From assembly GCA_022865705.1 (NCBI GenBank), contig JALHTG010000019.1, positions 11,920 through 75,919 of the forward strand: a stretch of 64,000 bases of DNA, given 5' to 3'. The first letter of the stretch is position 1. Each line of letters opens with the position of its first letter. The translations under genes were made by a program, and so were the position numbers. Under the pieces are notes generated by a model. The model had not been told where the DNA came from, made no database searches, and saw nothing but the letters and a program-made list of their open reading frames with translations. Of this stretch, positions 27,019-36,781 are shown piece by piece. The stretch is from Candidatus Bathyarchaeota archaeon (GTDB lineage: Archaea > Thermoproteota > Bathyarchaeia > 40CM-2-53-6 > JALHTG01).

Positions 27019-27852
27019 CTACTTCTTCGTCCGTGGTTGGAAGCTTACAACTATTCGGCCTTTCTTCTGCAGATACATCAGGGCGGCAACCACGCCAACA
27101 GCGACCACAAAAGAGCACAGAGCAATCCTTGTAATGGCAAGCGCTTGAGCAAGATTCTCGTTTTCTGAGAGCGACCTTTGGTGCTCTTCATTCAGCTTGG
27201 TGTATCGCGAATTAAGGGTTGAGTAGTCCGAAGAGAGTTTATTGTAGTCCGTGTTCAACTTGTCGTAGTCTGCCTTGAGCTGTATGTACTCCGGAGTTGT
27301 AGCCAATACATATGTGAGCGGGCCCGTTTCCTTATCCACTGTATCCACGTAGGTGCGATAATTGTAATACGTCGGGTACCACCACCACCAGTAGCGCGTT
27401 GCGTTCACTCCATACCAATAGTATGGATACGAATAGTACGAGTAGCTGTAGGAGTAACTGTATGTTCTCACACTCTCCGACGCAACAGCCATGAGGAAGC
27501 TCCTCGGTGCATCGCTCGGAATACTGACGGCACCATACTTCTGGAAGGAGTTTCCAGAAACTGCACTTATCTGCTTGACGATCGACACGCTGCCAATCAA
27601 CCTAGGTTCACCTGAGAGAGAGTATGCGAAGAGTTCAACGGATAGGTCCTGGACCTCGCAATCTTTCTTGACAGTAGCTGTCACGGAAACCGTGATGGTT
27701 TCTCCCGGTTTTCCATTCTCAGGATAGCTAACATCGACATCGAAGTATGCCAGCGCAAACCTCTTCTGAGTAGGAGAGGCATGACTCGGGATTACGCTAC
27801 CCAGAAAGACGCATAGTACAATGAGACAAGCTACCGTTTGCGACCTCTTCAC
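27019..27852 (-). CDS. Secreted, C-terminally anchored surface protein with a Tyr/Trp-rich insert and a coiled-coil stalk
   Basis: GTG 27852 gives the signal peptide MKRSQTVACLIVLCVFLGSVIPSHA. It is followed by a beta-rich domain, YSYSYSYSYYSYPYYWYGVNATRYWWWWYPTYYNY, heptads DYDKLNTDYNKLSSDYSTLN, and a C-terminal TM with a basic tail. Confidence 0.78.
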   Translation of the reverse strand: MKRSQTVACLIVLCVFLGSVIPSHASPTQKRFALAYFDVDVSYPENGKPGETITVSVTATVKKDCEVQDLSVELFAYSLSGEPRLIGSVSIVKQISAVSGNSFQKYGAVSIPSDAPRSFLMAVASESVRTYSYSYSYSYYSYPYYWYGVNATRYWWWWYPTYYNYRTYVDTVDKETGPLTYVLATTPEYIQLKADYDKLNTDYNKLSSDYSTLNSRYTKLNEEHQRSLSENENLAQALAITRIALCSFVVAVGVVAALMYLQKKGRIVVSFQPRTKK

Positions 27853-28000
27853 TTCAACCACCGAGGTATCTGAGATTATTCCCATATATTGATGTTTATT
27901 TTCCGTCTTGAAGCCAATGGATGATCTGAATGGACGAGGATCAGTTCTCCATAACAGCTTGGATCTTCCTGATGTCGAGTAGGACATTGTGTTCCTTACG

Positions 28001-29008
28001 TCAGCCCATGATCTTCTTGAAAACCCTAAGGAAGTTCTCACCAAGTATCTTGATCACATCTTCTTCTCCATATCCTCTCTTGAGAAGACCCTCCGTAAAG
28101 CTAGGTATCTTCGTTACATCTTCTAAGCCTTTAGGAGTGTTTTCAATGCCATCGAAATCTGAGCCTAGTCCGACGTGTTCGACACTTGCGATTTTCACCA
28201 CGTGATCAACATGGTCTAAGACTCTTTCCAAAGTTGCATTGTCCTTGTTCTCGTCGACGAAAGCAGGTGCGAAATTCATTCCCATAACACCGTCTTTCTT
28301 GGCCAGAAGTTTGATCATCTCGTCGGTGAGGTTTCGTCGATGGTTGCATATCGCGCGACAGTTGGAATGCGAGGCGATTATTGGGCTCTTTGTCGTCTCA
28401 ATAACGTCGAAGAAACCTGCGTCGCTGATGTGCGAGACGTCGATCACCATCCCGATCTTGCTCATTTCGGCTACAAGTTCGAGACCGAAGTTTGTTAAGC
28501 CCCCCTTTGTCCTTCCTTCAGCGGCGCCATCCGCGATCTGATTCCGCTCGTTCCAAGTCAATGTCATGGCCCTGACTCCGAGCCGATGTAGCATTCTCAG
28601 GATGCCGAGGTCCGCCTCGACGGCTTCTCCCCCTTCGATTGAGAGCATTGCAGCTATCTTTCCCTGTTTCTCTGCCTCACGGACATCAGCGACTCTAGTA
28701 AAAGGAAGTAACTTGTCTGGATGTGCGTCAAGAAGTTGATAGAATCGATCAATCAACTGTAAGACTCGGTGAAGCGCCCTCTCAATCTTGTATTCAGGTT
28801 GAATGTACGCAGCGAAGACCTGCAGATCTACGCCACTCTCGAGAAGCCTCGGTAGATCTACGTGGCCCTTCATCGACCGTTCACCAAAGTTTCGTGGAGT
28901 CGCAAGCTTTGTTGGTCTGGCAGGTGGTACCATTAGCTCAAGTAACGTATCTATATGGGCATCTACGACCGTGGCACGTTTGTGAAGCTCAAGAATTCTT
29001 TGGTTCAT
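28001..29008 (-). CDS. Membrane dipeptidase family (peptidase M19)
   Basis: VVDAHID, LSIEGGE, TLTWN, IDVSHIS, ASHSN and GLGSDFDG. Confidence 0.93.
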   Translation of the reverse strand: MNQRILELHKRATVVDAHIDTLLELMVPPARPTKLATPRNFGERSMKGHVDLPRLLESGVDLQVFAAYIQPEYKIERALHRVLQLIDRFYQLLDAHPDKLLPFTRVADVREAEKQGKIAAMLSIEGGEAVEADLGILRMLHRLGVRAMTLTWNERNQIADGAAEGRTKGGLTNFGLELVAEMSKIGMVIDVSHISDAGFFDVIETTKSPIIASHSNCRAICNHRRNLTDEMIKLLAKKDGVMGMNFAPAFVDENKDNATLERVLDHVDHVVKIASVEHVGLGSDFDGIENTPKGLEDVTKIPSFTEGLLKRGYGEEDVIKILGENFLRVFKKIMG

Positions 29009-29150
29009 GCGACGTAACCACATTTGGCTGGACTAGTTCACATAATGTTCGCGAGTTGCGATTTATCGTTATGCCTGTTGTGAGACAGGGCTCAATCTTA
29101 GAAGAAACCATATAGTCGTCTCCTTATCTCTAGAATCGTGGTTGATTCAG

Positions 29151-30203
29151 ATGCGTATAGTCGACCTCAGAAGCGACACAGTCACCCTTCCTACTGACGA
29201 AATGTTGGAGGCAATGAGAAACGCTGAACTCGGCGATGATGTCTACAGGGAAGACCCTACCGTCAATCGTCTCGAGAAATTGGCTGCTAAGAAGATGGGC
29301 AAAGATGCTGCGTTGCTGACAACAAGTGGAACACAGGCTAACCTCGTGAGTGCGATGAGTCAGACTACGCGAGGCGACGAGGTAATCTTGGAAACTGAAG
29401 CCCACATGTACTACTATGAAGTCGGCGCCTTCTCAGCACTAGGTGGGCTTATCCCCCGTTTTGTGAAAGGGCATATGGGAGTCATGTCTCCTAGGGATAT
29501 TGAGCAAGTGCTGAGGCCTCCCAACATACACTTTCCTCCAACAAGCCTAATCTGCATCGAGAACACGCATAACCGCGCCGGGGGAACAATCTGGTCCCCA
29601 TCGAACATCAAAGAAGTGTCTGATCTTGCGAAAACTCACGGCTTGAGAGTTCACATGGACGGGGCAAGAATATTCAACGCAGCCATTGCTTTAGGTTTGG
29701 ACGTGCGTGAGTTCACGCGCCATGTGGACACGTTGATGTTCTGCCTCTCCAAGGGTCTGAGCGCACCAATCGGGTCAATGGTTGTAGGTGAGCAGGCGTT
29801 TGTCGACCGTGCAAGACGATACCGCAAGATGCTTGGCGGAGGTATGAGGCAGGCGGGCGTAATCGCAGCCGCGGGGATCATTGCGATAGAGAAGATGGTG
29901 GATCGTCTCAGGGATGATCACGTCAACGCTAAGACACTCGCCGCGGGGCTATCGAAGATTCCAGGAATAACGGTCGACGTGGCAAGAGTTCAGACCAATA
30001 TTGTGGTCTACGACGTAGCTGGGTTGGGCGTGGATGGGAAAAGCTGGGTTGCAGAGTTGGGTAAGTATGGAGTTAAGGCGGGAGCTCAAGAGTACGGGCG
30101 AGTGAGAATGGTTACTCATAGAGGCATTGAGAAAGAGGACATAGAATACGCGCTCACGGCCGTCGAGAAGGCAACCAAAGACATTCTAGGCAAGAAGAGG
30201 TAA
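29151..30203 (+). CDS. ltaE: Low-specificity L-threonine aldolase
   Basis: DLRSDTVT, GDDVYREDPT, SGTQANL, ENTHN, HMDGARIFNA and PLP lysine in CLSKGL. Confidence 0.95.
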   Translation: MRIVDLRSDTVTLPTDEMLEAMRNAELGDDVYREDPTVNRLEKLAAKKMGKDAALLTTSGTQANLVSAMSQTTRGDEVILETEAHMYYYEVGAFSALGGLIPRFVKGHMGVMSPRDIEQVLRPPNIHFPPTSLICIENTHNRAGGTIWSPSNIKEVSDLAKTHGLRVHMDGARIFNAAIALGLDVREFTRHVDTLMFCLSKGLSAPIGSMVVGEQAFVDRARRYRKMLGGGMRQAGVIAAAGIIAIEKMVDRLRDDHVNAKTLAAGLSKIPGITVDVARVQTNIVVYDVAGLGVDGKSWVAELGKYGVKAGAQEYGRVRMVTHRGIEKEDIEYALTAVEKATKDILGKKR

Positions 30204-30379
30204 TGAATGGCTAGGCCCTTACCGGTTCTCTCTCTTCTACTCTGAATCATTCTGGTAACCGAGGGCAATTCCGTTACTTCAACCTCACTCAACGAAATCC
30301 TCCCGCACGTTATCGCTACTCGTTTCCGAAATCATAAGTACTTGGACTCTCATGTGAGATTCTAGGAGTATTGTGGCAG

Positions 30380-31846
30380 ATGAAATTCGTAGTCGCAATG
30401 CTGAGTCACGAAACGAACATGTTTAGCTCCGTGAAGACAGAACTTCGCCACTTCAAGGAAAGGGAGCTCTGCTATGGCGAGGAGATGTTCACGGCTTTCA
30501 AGGGAACTAAAACCGGCATCGGAGGAGCTATGGATGCAGCGAAGGCAAACAACATTGAACTCATTCCAACCGTTGCTGCAAATGCAATGCCGTCAGGATT
30601 GGTCACCGCAGATGCTTATCGCACTCTGAAAAGAAAGATCCTAGATGGGATCAAAGCCGCGGGAGCGGTTGACGGCTTTGTTGGGATTCTTCACGGATCT
30701 ATGGCGGTTGAAGGAGTTGGAAATGCTGAGGGCGACTTCCTTCGTGATGTGCGAGGAGCCCTTGGATCACAGGTCCCTGTAGTGTGTACACTCGACCTTC
30801 ATGCAACAGTCACAAAACTGATGATTGAGTCATGCGACGCCATTTTCGGCTTCAACACTAACCCTCACGTCGATTCGTATGAGCGTGCAGTGGAGGCCGT
30901 GAATGCGGCCGTTGCCATCAGCAAAGGAAAGATCAAGCCTGTTATGGCGCTTCGGAAACCCGCGATGATGCCTCCAACAATCAATATGAGAACAACAGAG
31001 GGCCCGATGGTGAAGATTTTCGAAAGGGCGTACAAAATAGAGCGGGATCCACTGGTCGTAAATGTCAATGTGGCTGGCGGTTTTCCGTTTATGGATACTG
31101 AGGAGGCTGGATTCAGCATTGTGGTCATAACTAATGATGATCGTGAACTGGCAGAGAAATATGCCCAGCAACTCTCCGATTTTGCTTGGAGCGTTCGGAG
31201 AGAGTTCTTGAAGCCACTCACAGCGGTTCCTGAGGCCGTGAAGAGAGCGATGGAGGCAAAAGAGGGGCCGGTGATTCTGGCTGATGTGGCAGATAACCCG
31301 GGTGGTGGAGGCTCTGGCGACGGAACAGTCGTGCTGAAGACGCTGCTCGATATGGGGGCGCGCAATGTTGGGTTTGCGTTGATCAAGGATCCTGAAGCGG
31401 TGGACAAGGCGATTAAGGCAGGTGTGGGGGGAACGGTCACCATGATGATTGGTGGAAAGACAGACAAATTCCACGGGCCACCAGTGAAGATCACCGGGCG
31501 AGTAAGAACGATTACGGACGGGACCTTCATTCATAAGGGTCCAATGAGTACGGGCTCGAAGGGAGAGATTGGCCGAAGCGTCGTCTTGACGGTCAACGGT
31601 GTGGAACTGATAGTCTCAGAGCTGAAGATGGCGCCAAATGATCCTGAGATATTCAGGAGGCATGGGATTGAACCGACTGAGAAGAGAATTCTCGTTGTGA
31701 AGTCGAGAGGCCACTTCAGGGCTGGATACGAGCCTTTCGCCAAAGAGATAATCGAGGTCGATGCACCCGGCGTAGCTAGCCCAAACCTCAAACAGTTCCC
31801 ATACAAACATGTGAGGAGGCCACTTTTCCCTCTGGACGACATCTAG
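30380..31846 (+). CDS. MlrC-like M81 metallopeptidase
   Basis: HETNMFS, LHGSM, TLDLHA, PHVD, ADNPGGGGSGD and VVKSRGHFRA. Confidence 0.92.
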   Translation: MKFVVAMLSHETNMFSSVKTELRHFKERELCYGEEMFTAFKGTKTGIGGAMDAAKANNIELIPTVAANAMPSGLVTADAYRTLKRKILDGIKAAGAVDGFVGILHGSMAVEGVGNAEGDFLRDVRGALGSQVPVVCTLDLHATVTKLMIESCDAIFGFNTNPHVDSYERAVEAVNAAVAISKGKIKPVMALRKPAMMPPTINMRTTEGPMVKIFERAYKIERDPLVVNVNVAGGFPFMDTEEAGFSIVVITNDDRELAEKYAQQLSDFAWSVRREFLKPLTAVPEAVKRAMEAKEGPVILADVADNPGGGGSGDGTVVLKTLLDMGARNVGFALIKDPEAVDKAIKAGVGGTVTMMIGGKTDKFHGPPVKITGRVRTITDGTFIHKGPMSTGSKGEIGRSVVLTVNGVELIVSELKMAPNDPEIFRRHGIEPTEKRILVVKSRGHFRAGYEPFAKEIIEVDAPGVASPNLKQFPYKHVRRPLFPLDDI

Positions 31847-32140
31847 CTCCACAAGACGAAAGCTGTAGCATCTCAAGATCCGTTCGATTCATCTACCGTC
31901 ACTGGCACCACGAACTGTCCCCGATCTGGAGGAATATGTAAGAAACGGTTTTGGCATGATTCGGCTAAGTTGGCTTTCTGTAGTCTTGTTACGCGTAGAG
32001 GTCTTTTCTTGGCCATTAGCGATTCTTGAGAGATATCGGCTTATGATTTTGTGAGAACGCGCCATAGGTTTCCAAAAGGGATTTCAACTCTTTGGGCAAT
32101 CAAAGACATGTCGGCCGTCCTGATGTGGAGAGTTGAACAG

Positions 32141-32241
32141 ATGAGGCTTGATGCTATACTAGTGCTTGATGTTGGTGGACAGTACTGCTATCTTATTGCT
32201 AGGAGGATCAGAGAGTTCAATGTCTACTCCGAGGTTGTTGA
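32141..32241 (+). pseudogene. guaA: Truncated N-terminal fragment of GMP synthase glutamine amidotransferase
   Basis: [33 protein letters not shown] matches the GuaA start. Similarity stops exactly at GCGCGCGC (32242), and the frame ends at 32293. Confidence 0.8.
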
Positions 32242-32249
32242 GCGCGCGC
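32242..32249. repeat. GCGCGCGC junction octamer (copy 3)
   Basis: Lies at the exact truncation point of guaA and at the left edge of the ABC-transporter module. Confidence 0.7.
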
Positions 32250-32371
32250 GTCTAACTTTTGGAACGATTCTACAGCACTTCGAAAGCTGTTGAGAAATGA
32301 CGTTCTTTGAAGAGGGGAACAAGAACGCATCGTTACGCGAAACCAGACGTTTGGTAGCCCACTACTGAGTT

Positions 32372-33265
32372 TCAAGCAATTCTCTTAATTTCGCCGAATA
32401 GGCCTGTCGGCCTTATTGCCAATGTAGCTACCAGCACAACGAACCCGTATATGTCGCAGTAAGAAGGATTGATCAAGACTGATCCTAAGGACTCGACCAC
32501 GCCCAGCAGTATCCCGCCAACGATAGTGCCGGGGATGGACCCCAGGCCTCCCAGAGTTATTATTATGAACCCCTTCATTGTGGAGATTGCCCCGTTAGTG
32601 GGATAAACCATGTAGACTGGTGTAAGAAGAGCGCCGGCAGCAGCCGCGAGCGCGACACCCATCCCAAACGCGATCTGATCTACCGTATATGGGTTTATGC
32701 CGGCTATCTGAACTCCAATCCGATTTTGAGCCGTAGCTTGGAACGCCCTCCCTATCCAAGTTCTCTTCACGCAATAGTAGAAGATTCCCAATATGAGTAC
32801 CGTTCCTACAAAGGCTGTGAATCTACTTCCACTCATGGGGAGTGTTCCAAAATACACTGGGGGGTAATAGTCTGGTGTTGAGAATACATATGGCCCGTAT
32901 AGGACAACCGCTATGTTACGAAATAGGATTACGGATGCGATAGTGATTATTGTGACGTAGTCGTCCCTCCTCTCAACTCCTCCTGCAAACATGGGCCTTA
33001 GGAGAAGACGATAATATGCCAATCCCACCAAGAAGACAACAATCATCGAGGTGGGGATCCCCAAGAACCATTTTTCCGATCCGAATACTTTGACAACCAA
33101 GAACCATTGAACGTAACTGCCGACCATGTAGAATTCTCCCATGGCCCAGTTCATCATCTTCATTATACCATAGATGAAAGTGATTCCTATGGCCATCAAA
33201 CAATATGTCGAACCGATTATTATTCCGAGAAAAAGATACTGAGAGAGAAGAAGGGGATCCATCAA
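32372..33265 (-). CDS. livH: Branched-chain amino-acid ABC transporter permease (LivH-like)
   Basis: LMAIGITFIYGIMKMMNWAMGEFYM, GRAFQATAQN, LGGLGSIPG and IRPTGLFG. Confidence 0.92.
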   Translation of the reverse strand: MMDPLLLSQYLFLGIIIGSTYCLMAIGITFIYGIMKMMNWAMGEFYMVGSYVQWFLVVKVFGSEKWFLGIPTSMIVVFLVGLAYYRLLLRPMFAGGVERRDDYVTIITIASVILFRNIAVVLYGPYVFSTPDYYPPVYFGTLPMSGSRFTAFVGTVLILGIFYYCVKRTWIGRAFQATAQNRIGVQIAGINPYTVDQIAFGMGVALAAAAGALLTPVYMVYPTNGAISTMKGFIIITLGGLGSIPGTIVGGILLGVVESLGSVLINPSYCDIYGFVVLVATLAIRPTGLFGEIKRIA

Positions 33266-33303
33266 CTTCTGCCCGTCACGCCTTGGGCAAGCCCGTCGTG
33301 ATT

Positions 33304-34515
33304 CTACTGATATACTACTGTTGCATCTTTGATGTCTTGTCCAACCTTTGTAAATTGAAGCACAATTAGAGGCGTCGAGAAGTGCTGGAAATAGCGTCCC
33401 TTCTCTTGTGGAAAGACAACCTTCTCGGAATTCCAGCTTATGAAGGTGCCTTTGCGTAGGGCGTCGGCGATAGCTTTTGGATCGGCCGAATTTGCTTTCT
33501 CAATTGCCTGTTTGATTACCATTATCTCAGCATATGCATTAAACGCGTTGTATGTCGGCTCCTCGTTGTATTCTTGAATGTACAAGGATTTCATCTGCGC
33601 GCCTAGACTGGTTAACTTCATTGCTGGGTGATAGTATGATGTCCAGTAGATCTTCTCTCCCTTCGCTCCTAATGCATCCCAGTATCCTGGTTCAACTGGG
33701 TAGTCAGCGGCGCCTAGATGCGGCGTGCCGGGAAAGAGCCCAATGTCGTAGGATTGTGATAGGATGAGTCTGAAGAGGGCGCCAGAAGCAGTGACTATCA
33801 CTAAGTCAGGCTTCCATGCTTTTAACTCGAGTAGGTGTGCAGTCGCATCAACAGCCTTGAATGAGATTACAACTGATTTGTATTCGACTTCCGCTGGTTT
33901 TTGTTTACCCATTTCATCGTTTAGTCCCAGTCCATAGTCGGTGTCCTCTGCTATCTGGGCAACTTTCTTGAAGTTCATGACTTTGATCCACTTAAGCCAA
34001 AACGTGACTCTATCTGGGTCTATGATGTGCATTCTAAATGTGTACGGTAATCCTCTCTCGGTAATTTTAACGGAAGACGATGAAGTGATGAGTAGGGGTA
34101 TGCTATACTTCTCGTGTACGTCTTGTACTGCAAGAGTAACGGAGCTGTGGACTTGTCCCACTGCGGCCACTATTTTGTCCTTTGTGATTAGCTTCTCGGT
34201 TGCAGCAACGCCTTTCTCAGGGGTCCCAGAATCATCTTCAATGACTAACTTCACAGGTCTCCCCAAGATTCCCCCCTGTTGATTGATGTATTTTTCGGCC
34301 AAGTACGACGCTCTCCTGATGAAATGTCCGTATCCATAAGCTCCTGGAGGAGATAGGGGAGTGACGACGCCAATCGCTATTGGTTCAGCTGATGGTTTTG
34401 GAAGCATCACAAAAACATATGCTGCCCCGCTTACGACTGCGATGATCAATACCGCAACTATGATCACAGTCTGAATTCGAGTAACGGCCCTCTTGCTTGT
34501 GACAAACTCAAACAA
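33304..34515 (-). CDS. Branched-chain amino-acid ABC substrate-binding protein (LivJ/K-like)
   Basis: GGILGRPVKLVIEDDSGTPEKG and GQVHSSVTLA. N-terminus SKRA|VTRIQ followed by a hydrophobic helix. Confidence 0.92.
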   Translation of the reverse strand: MFEFVTSKRAVTRIQTVIIVAVLIIAVVSGAAYVFVMLPKPSAEPIAIGVVTPLSPPGAYGYGHFIRRASYLAEKYINQQGGILGRPVKLVIEDDSGTPEKGVAATEKLITKDKIVAAVGQVHSSVTLAVQDVHEKYSIPLLITSSSSVKITERGLPYTFRMHIIDPDRVTFWLKWIKVMNFKKVAQIAEDTDYGLGLNDEMGKQKPAEVEYKSVVISFKAVDATAHLLELKAWKPDLVIVTASGALFRLILSQSYDIGLFPGTPHLGAADYPVEPGYWDALGAKGEKIYWTSYYHPAMKLTSLGAQMKSLYIQEYNEEPTYNAFNAYAEIMVIKQAIEKANSADPKAIADALRKGTFISWNSEKVVFPQEKGRYFQHFSTPLIVLQFTKVGQDIKDATVVYQ

Positions 34516-34590
34516 TCAACATCCATCCTCACAGAACATGCGTTTGAAAACAAGGCCACGAGAACTGAGCATATAACATTTGTGTTTGTA

Positions 34591-35730
34591 GCGCGCCAGC
34601 TTCTTGCAAAACTATCTTCTCCATGTCAATTTTGTGAAGTGGATTGGTGAGCGTATTTTGTGTGGGAGGCCTTGCTTGATCGCGGATAGGGCGTTTGCGA
34701 GTAGGGCTGTGAGGCAGAGGAGCACGTGTGACAGGACGTTTCTCAGGCCTCGGGTTCGAAGCTGACGCAGACCGAAATATGTCTCAAGTCTTGACACGAC
34801 TCTTTCTATGGCGGATCGTTTCCGGTATAGGCGTCTCAGGCTTGGTGGTCCGTGGCTGCGGAATTTGCGGTCGACGCGGAGAACCCGTCTGCCTTTCGCC
34901 TGGTTCCTTGGATATGGTATGACGGGTTTCGCGTCTAGACGCTTCACCTCTTCTCTTACGGCTTGGCTTGAGTACTGTGAATCCGCGACCACGTGGCGTA
35001 CTCTACGCTTACGTCTGCGCCTGATAGCTTTCTTGAGGAGCGTTGGCGCGACCTTCTTCTCGTTCACGTTCGCAGGCTCCAGAATGACTGCTAGAGGCAT
35101 CTCGCTCTTTGTGTCGGCTGCCAAGTGAACGCCGTATCCAAGCGTCACGTTTCCGCCCCTGCTTTCTTAAACCTGCCTCGATATCGGACAGTCCGCGGCG
35201 GCTATTCTTGGGGTCTCTGCGGCTGTACGCCTTGATGAATGTGGCGTCTAAAGCCACGGTTCTGGCGTCCAATATGTTCATCCGGGCAAGCTGCTTCACG
35301 CAATGTGCCATGATCTCTTGGAAAGCTTCAGGGCCGATTCGCTTCCTGAACCTTGAGAGTATCGATGGATGGTACGATTTCTCGCCTTCTTTAACGTCGC
35401 ATAACATGCGGAGATCCTCATCGTTCTGGAGCAGCCTATGCAGCTCATCATAGCCCTCGATACGCGCTACTCGCTTGAGAAGCTCCGTCTTGAATTGGCC
35501 GAACAGGCTTCTCGGATGTCTACCGGTCCGCCTTCTCCCGTAGCTTCTTTCCAAGGCTTGCTCTACAAAATCTAGATCCACCGCCTGAAACAAATCATGC
35601 AGAGCCCTACACTCGTTCACCCGTGTCACCAAGAACGAGGTGAACGTGTGTAAAGCTCATCCGTTCTCTTGCCAAAACCAAGCATACATCTTCATGTTAA
35701 GCGAAAGAGTTTTGCAAGAAGCTGGCGCGC
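34591..35730 (-). mobile_element. Insertion sequence, 1140 bp (DDE, IS5/IS1182-like), with 23-bp perfect TIRs and a 7-bp TSD
   Basis: TIR GCGCGCCAGCTTCTTGCAAAACT at 34591-34613 and its reverse complement at 35708-35730. Direct repeat GTTTGTA at 34584-34590 and 35731-35737. Confidence 0.93.
34612..35632 (-). pseudogene. Frameshifted DDE transposase
   Basis: ORF 35009..35632 (HPSILSRFRKRIG, VALDATFIKA) and ORF 34612..35148 (LGYGVHLAAD, VVADSQYSS, YRKRSAIERVVSRL) join across a one-base shift near 35150 (CGG AAA C GTG). Confidence 0.85.
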
Positions 35731-35824
35731 GTTTGTAGCACGTTATGATGTTTCATACTCGGAACAAGCATTATATACACACAACCGGTAGTTCATCAAT
35801 TCGGGCGATTACAAGGTCAATTCG

Positions 35825-36757
35825 ATGAAGAATTCACATTTGCTGCTTCTGTCCTCAAGTGTCATCTTTATGCTAATAGTTCCTTATCTTTTCGAAACCT
35901 ATGAAGTTCACATAATTATCATAAGCCTCTACTACATGGTCTTGGCCTGTAGCTGGAATCTAGTCGCTGGATACACCGGTCAATTCTCTGTGGCTCATCA
36001 TGCTTTTGCGGCTGTTGGAGGCTACACTTCCGCACTTCTCGCAGTCGATCTAGGCATCTCCCCTTTGGTGGGGATCTTTGTTGGCGGTTTGGCTGCGATG
36101 GCAATAAGCTATCTCATCGGGCACATTTGTCTGAAGCTCAGGGCAATATATCTTGCAGTGGCCACTTGGGCTTTTGCAGGAAGTCTCGAACTTGCCGTCC
36201 GGATGGCATACAAATGGACAAGAGGAGACTTGGGACTTACTGCCCCACGTCTGATAGAAACAGCATCAGTTACTCCATATTACTATGCTGGTTGTGTCAT
36301 GACGATCGCATCAGTAGTCATAATGTACAGAATTGTAAACTCGAAGATTGGATTGTATATGAGATCCATACGTGAGGATGAAGAAGCGGCTTCTGTGATG
36401 GCTGTAGATACCGTCAAATGGAAGAAATTTATCTTTTCCATAAGCGGTCTCTTTGCAGGCATAGCTGGAGCTTACAAAGCTCACTACATCGGTTTGGTCA
36501 GTCCAGTTCTCCTAGGATTCGATGAAATGGCTGTCATTATAATGATGACAACAATTGGGGGATACGGCAATTTCTTCGGACCGATTATTGGAGCACCCCT
36601 GATAGAGATACTCACGGAATATCTAAGGGTGGTGGGAGAGATTAGAATGGTCCTATATGCAGTAGTTGTCATTCTCATCGCCCGGTTCTTTAGGGGAGGG
36701 CTTGTCGGTTTCTTGCAGCTGCTCTACAAAAGACATCTGAGAGGACTCCGTTCTTGA
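35825..36757 (+). CDS. livM: Branched-chain amino-acid ABC permease (LivM-like)
   Basis: SWNLVAGYTGQFSVAHHAF, LRAIYLAVAT, SIREDEEAA and GGYGNFFGPIIGA. Confidence 0.92.
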   Translation: MKNSHLLLLSSSVIFMLIVPYLFETYEVHIIIISLYYMVLACSWNLVAGYTGQFSVAHHAFAAVGGYTSALLAVDLGISPLVGIFVGGLAAMAISYLIGHICLKLRAIYLAVATWAFAGSLELAVRMAYKWTRGDLGLTAPRLIETASVTPYYYAGCVMTIASVVIMYRIVNSKIGLYMRSIREDEEAASVMAVDTVKWKKFIFSISGLFAGIAGAYKAHYIGLVSPVLLGFDEMAVIIMMTTIGGYGNFFGPIIGAPLIEILTEYLRVVGEIRMVLYAVVVILIARFFRGGLVGFLQLLYKRHLRGLRS

Positions 36758-36781
36758 CGAATCTTTCTTGAGGCGACGGCA

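Noticed and set aside
9219-31363. GCGCGC hexamers inside intact genes (for example near 9219 and 31358) as additional scars
   Set aside because: Hexamers are expected by chance and the reading frames are intact. Only the octamers show the junction association.
30830-31534. Long antisense ORFs (234 and 221 aa) opposite the MlrC gene, and similar shadows opposite polC, hypF, cdc6 and ahcY
   Set aside because: Antisense shadows of well-supported genes, with no motifs or start signals.
35140-35170. Programmed ribosomal frameshift in the transposase
   Set aside because: The shift removes one base (+1 sense) and no canonical X XXY YYZ slippery heptamer is visible. A single-base insertion or sequencing error is simpler.
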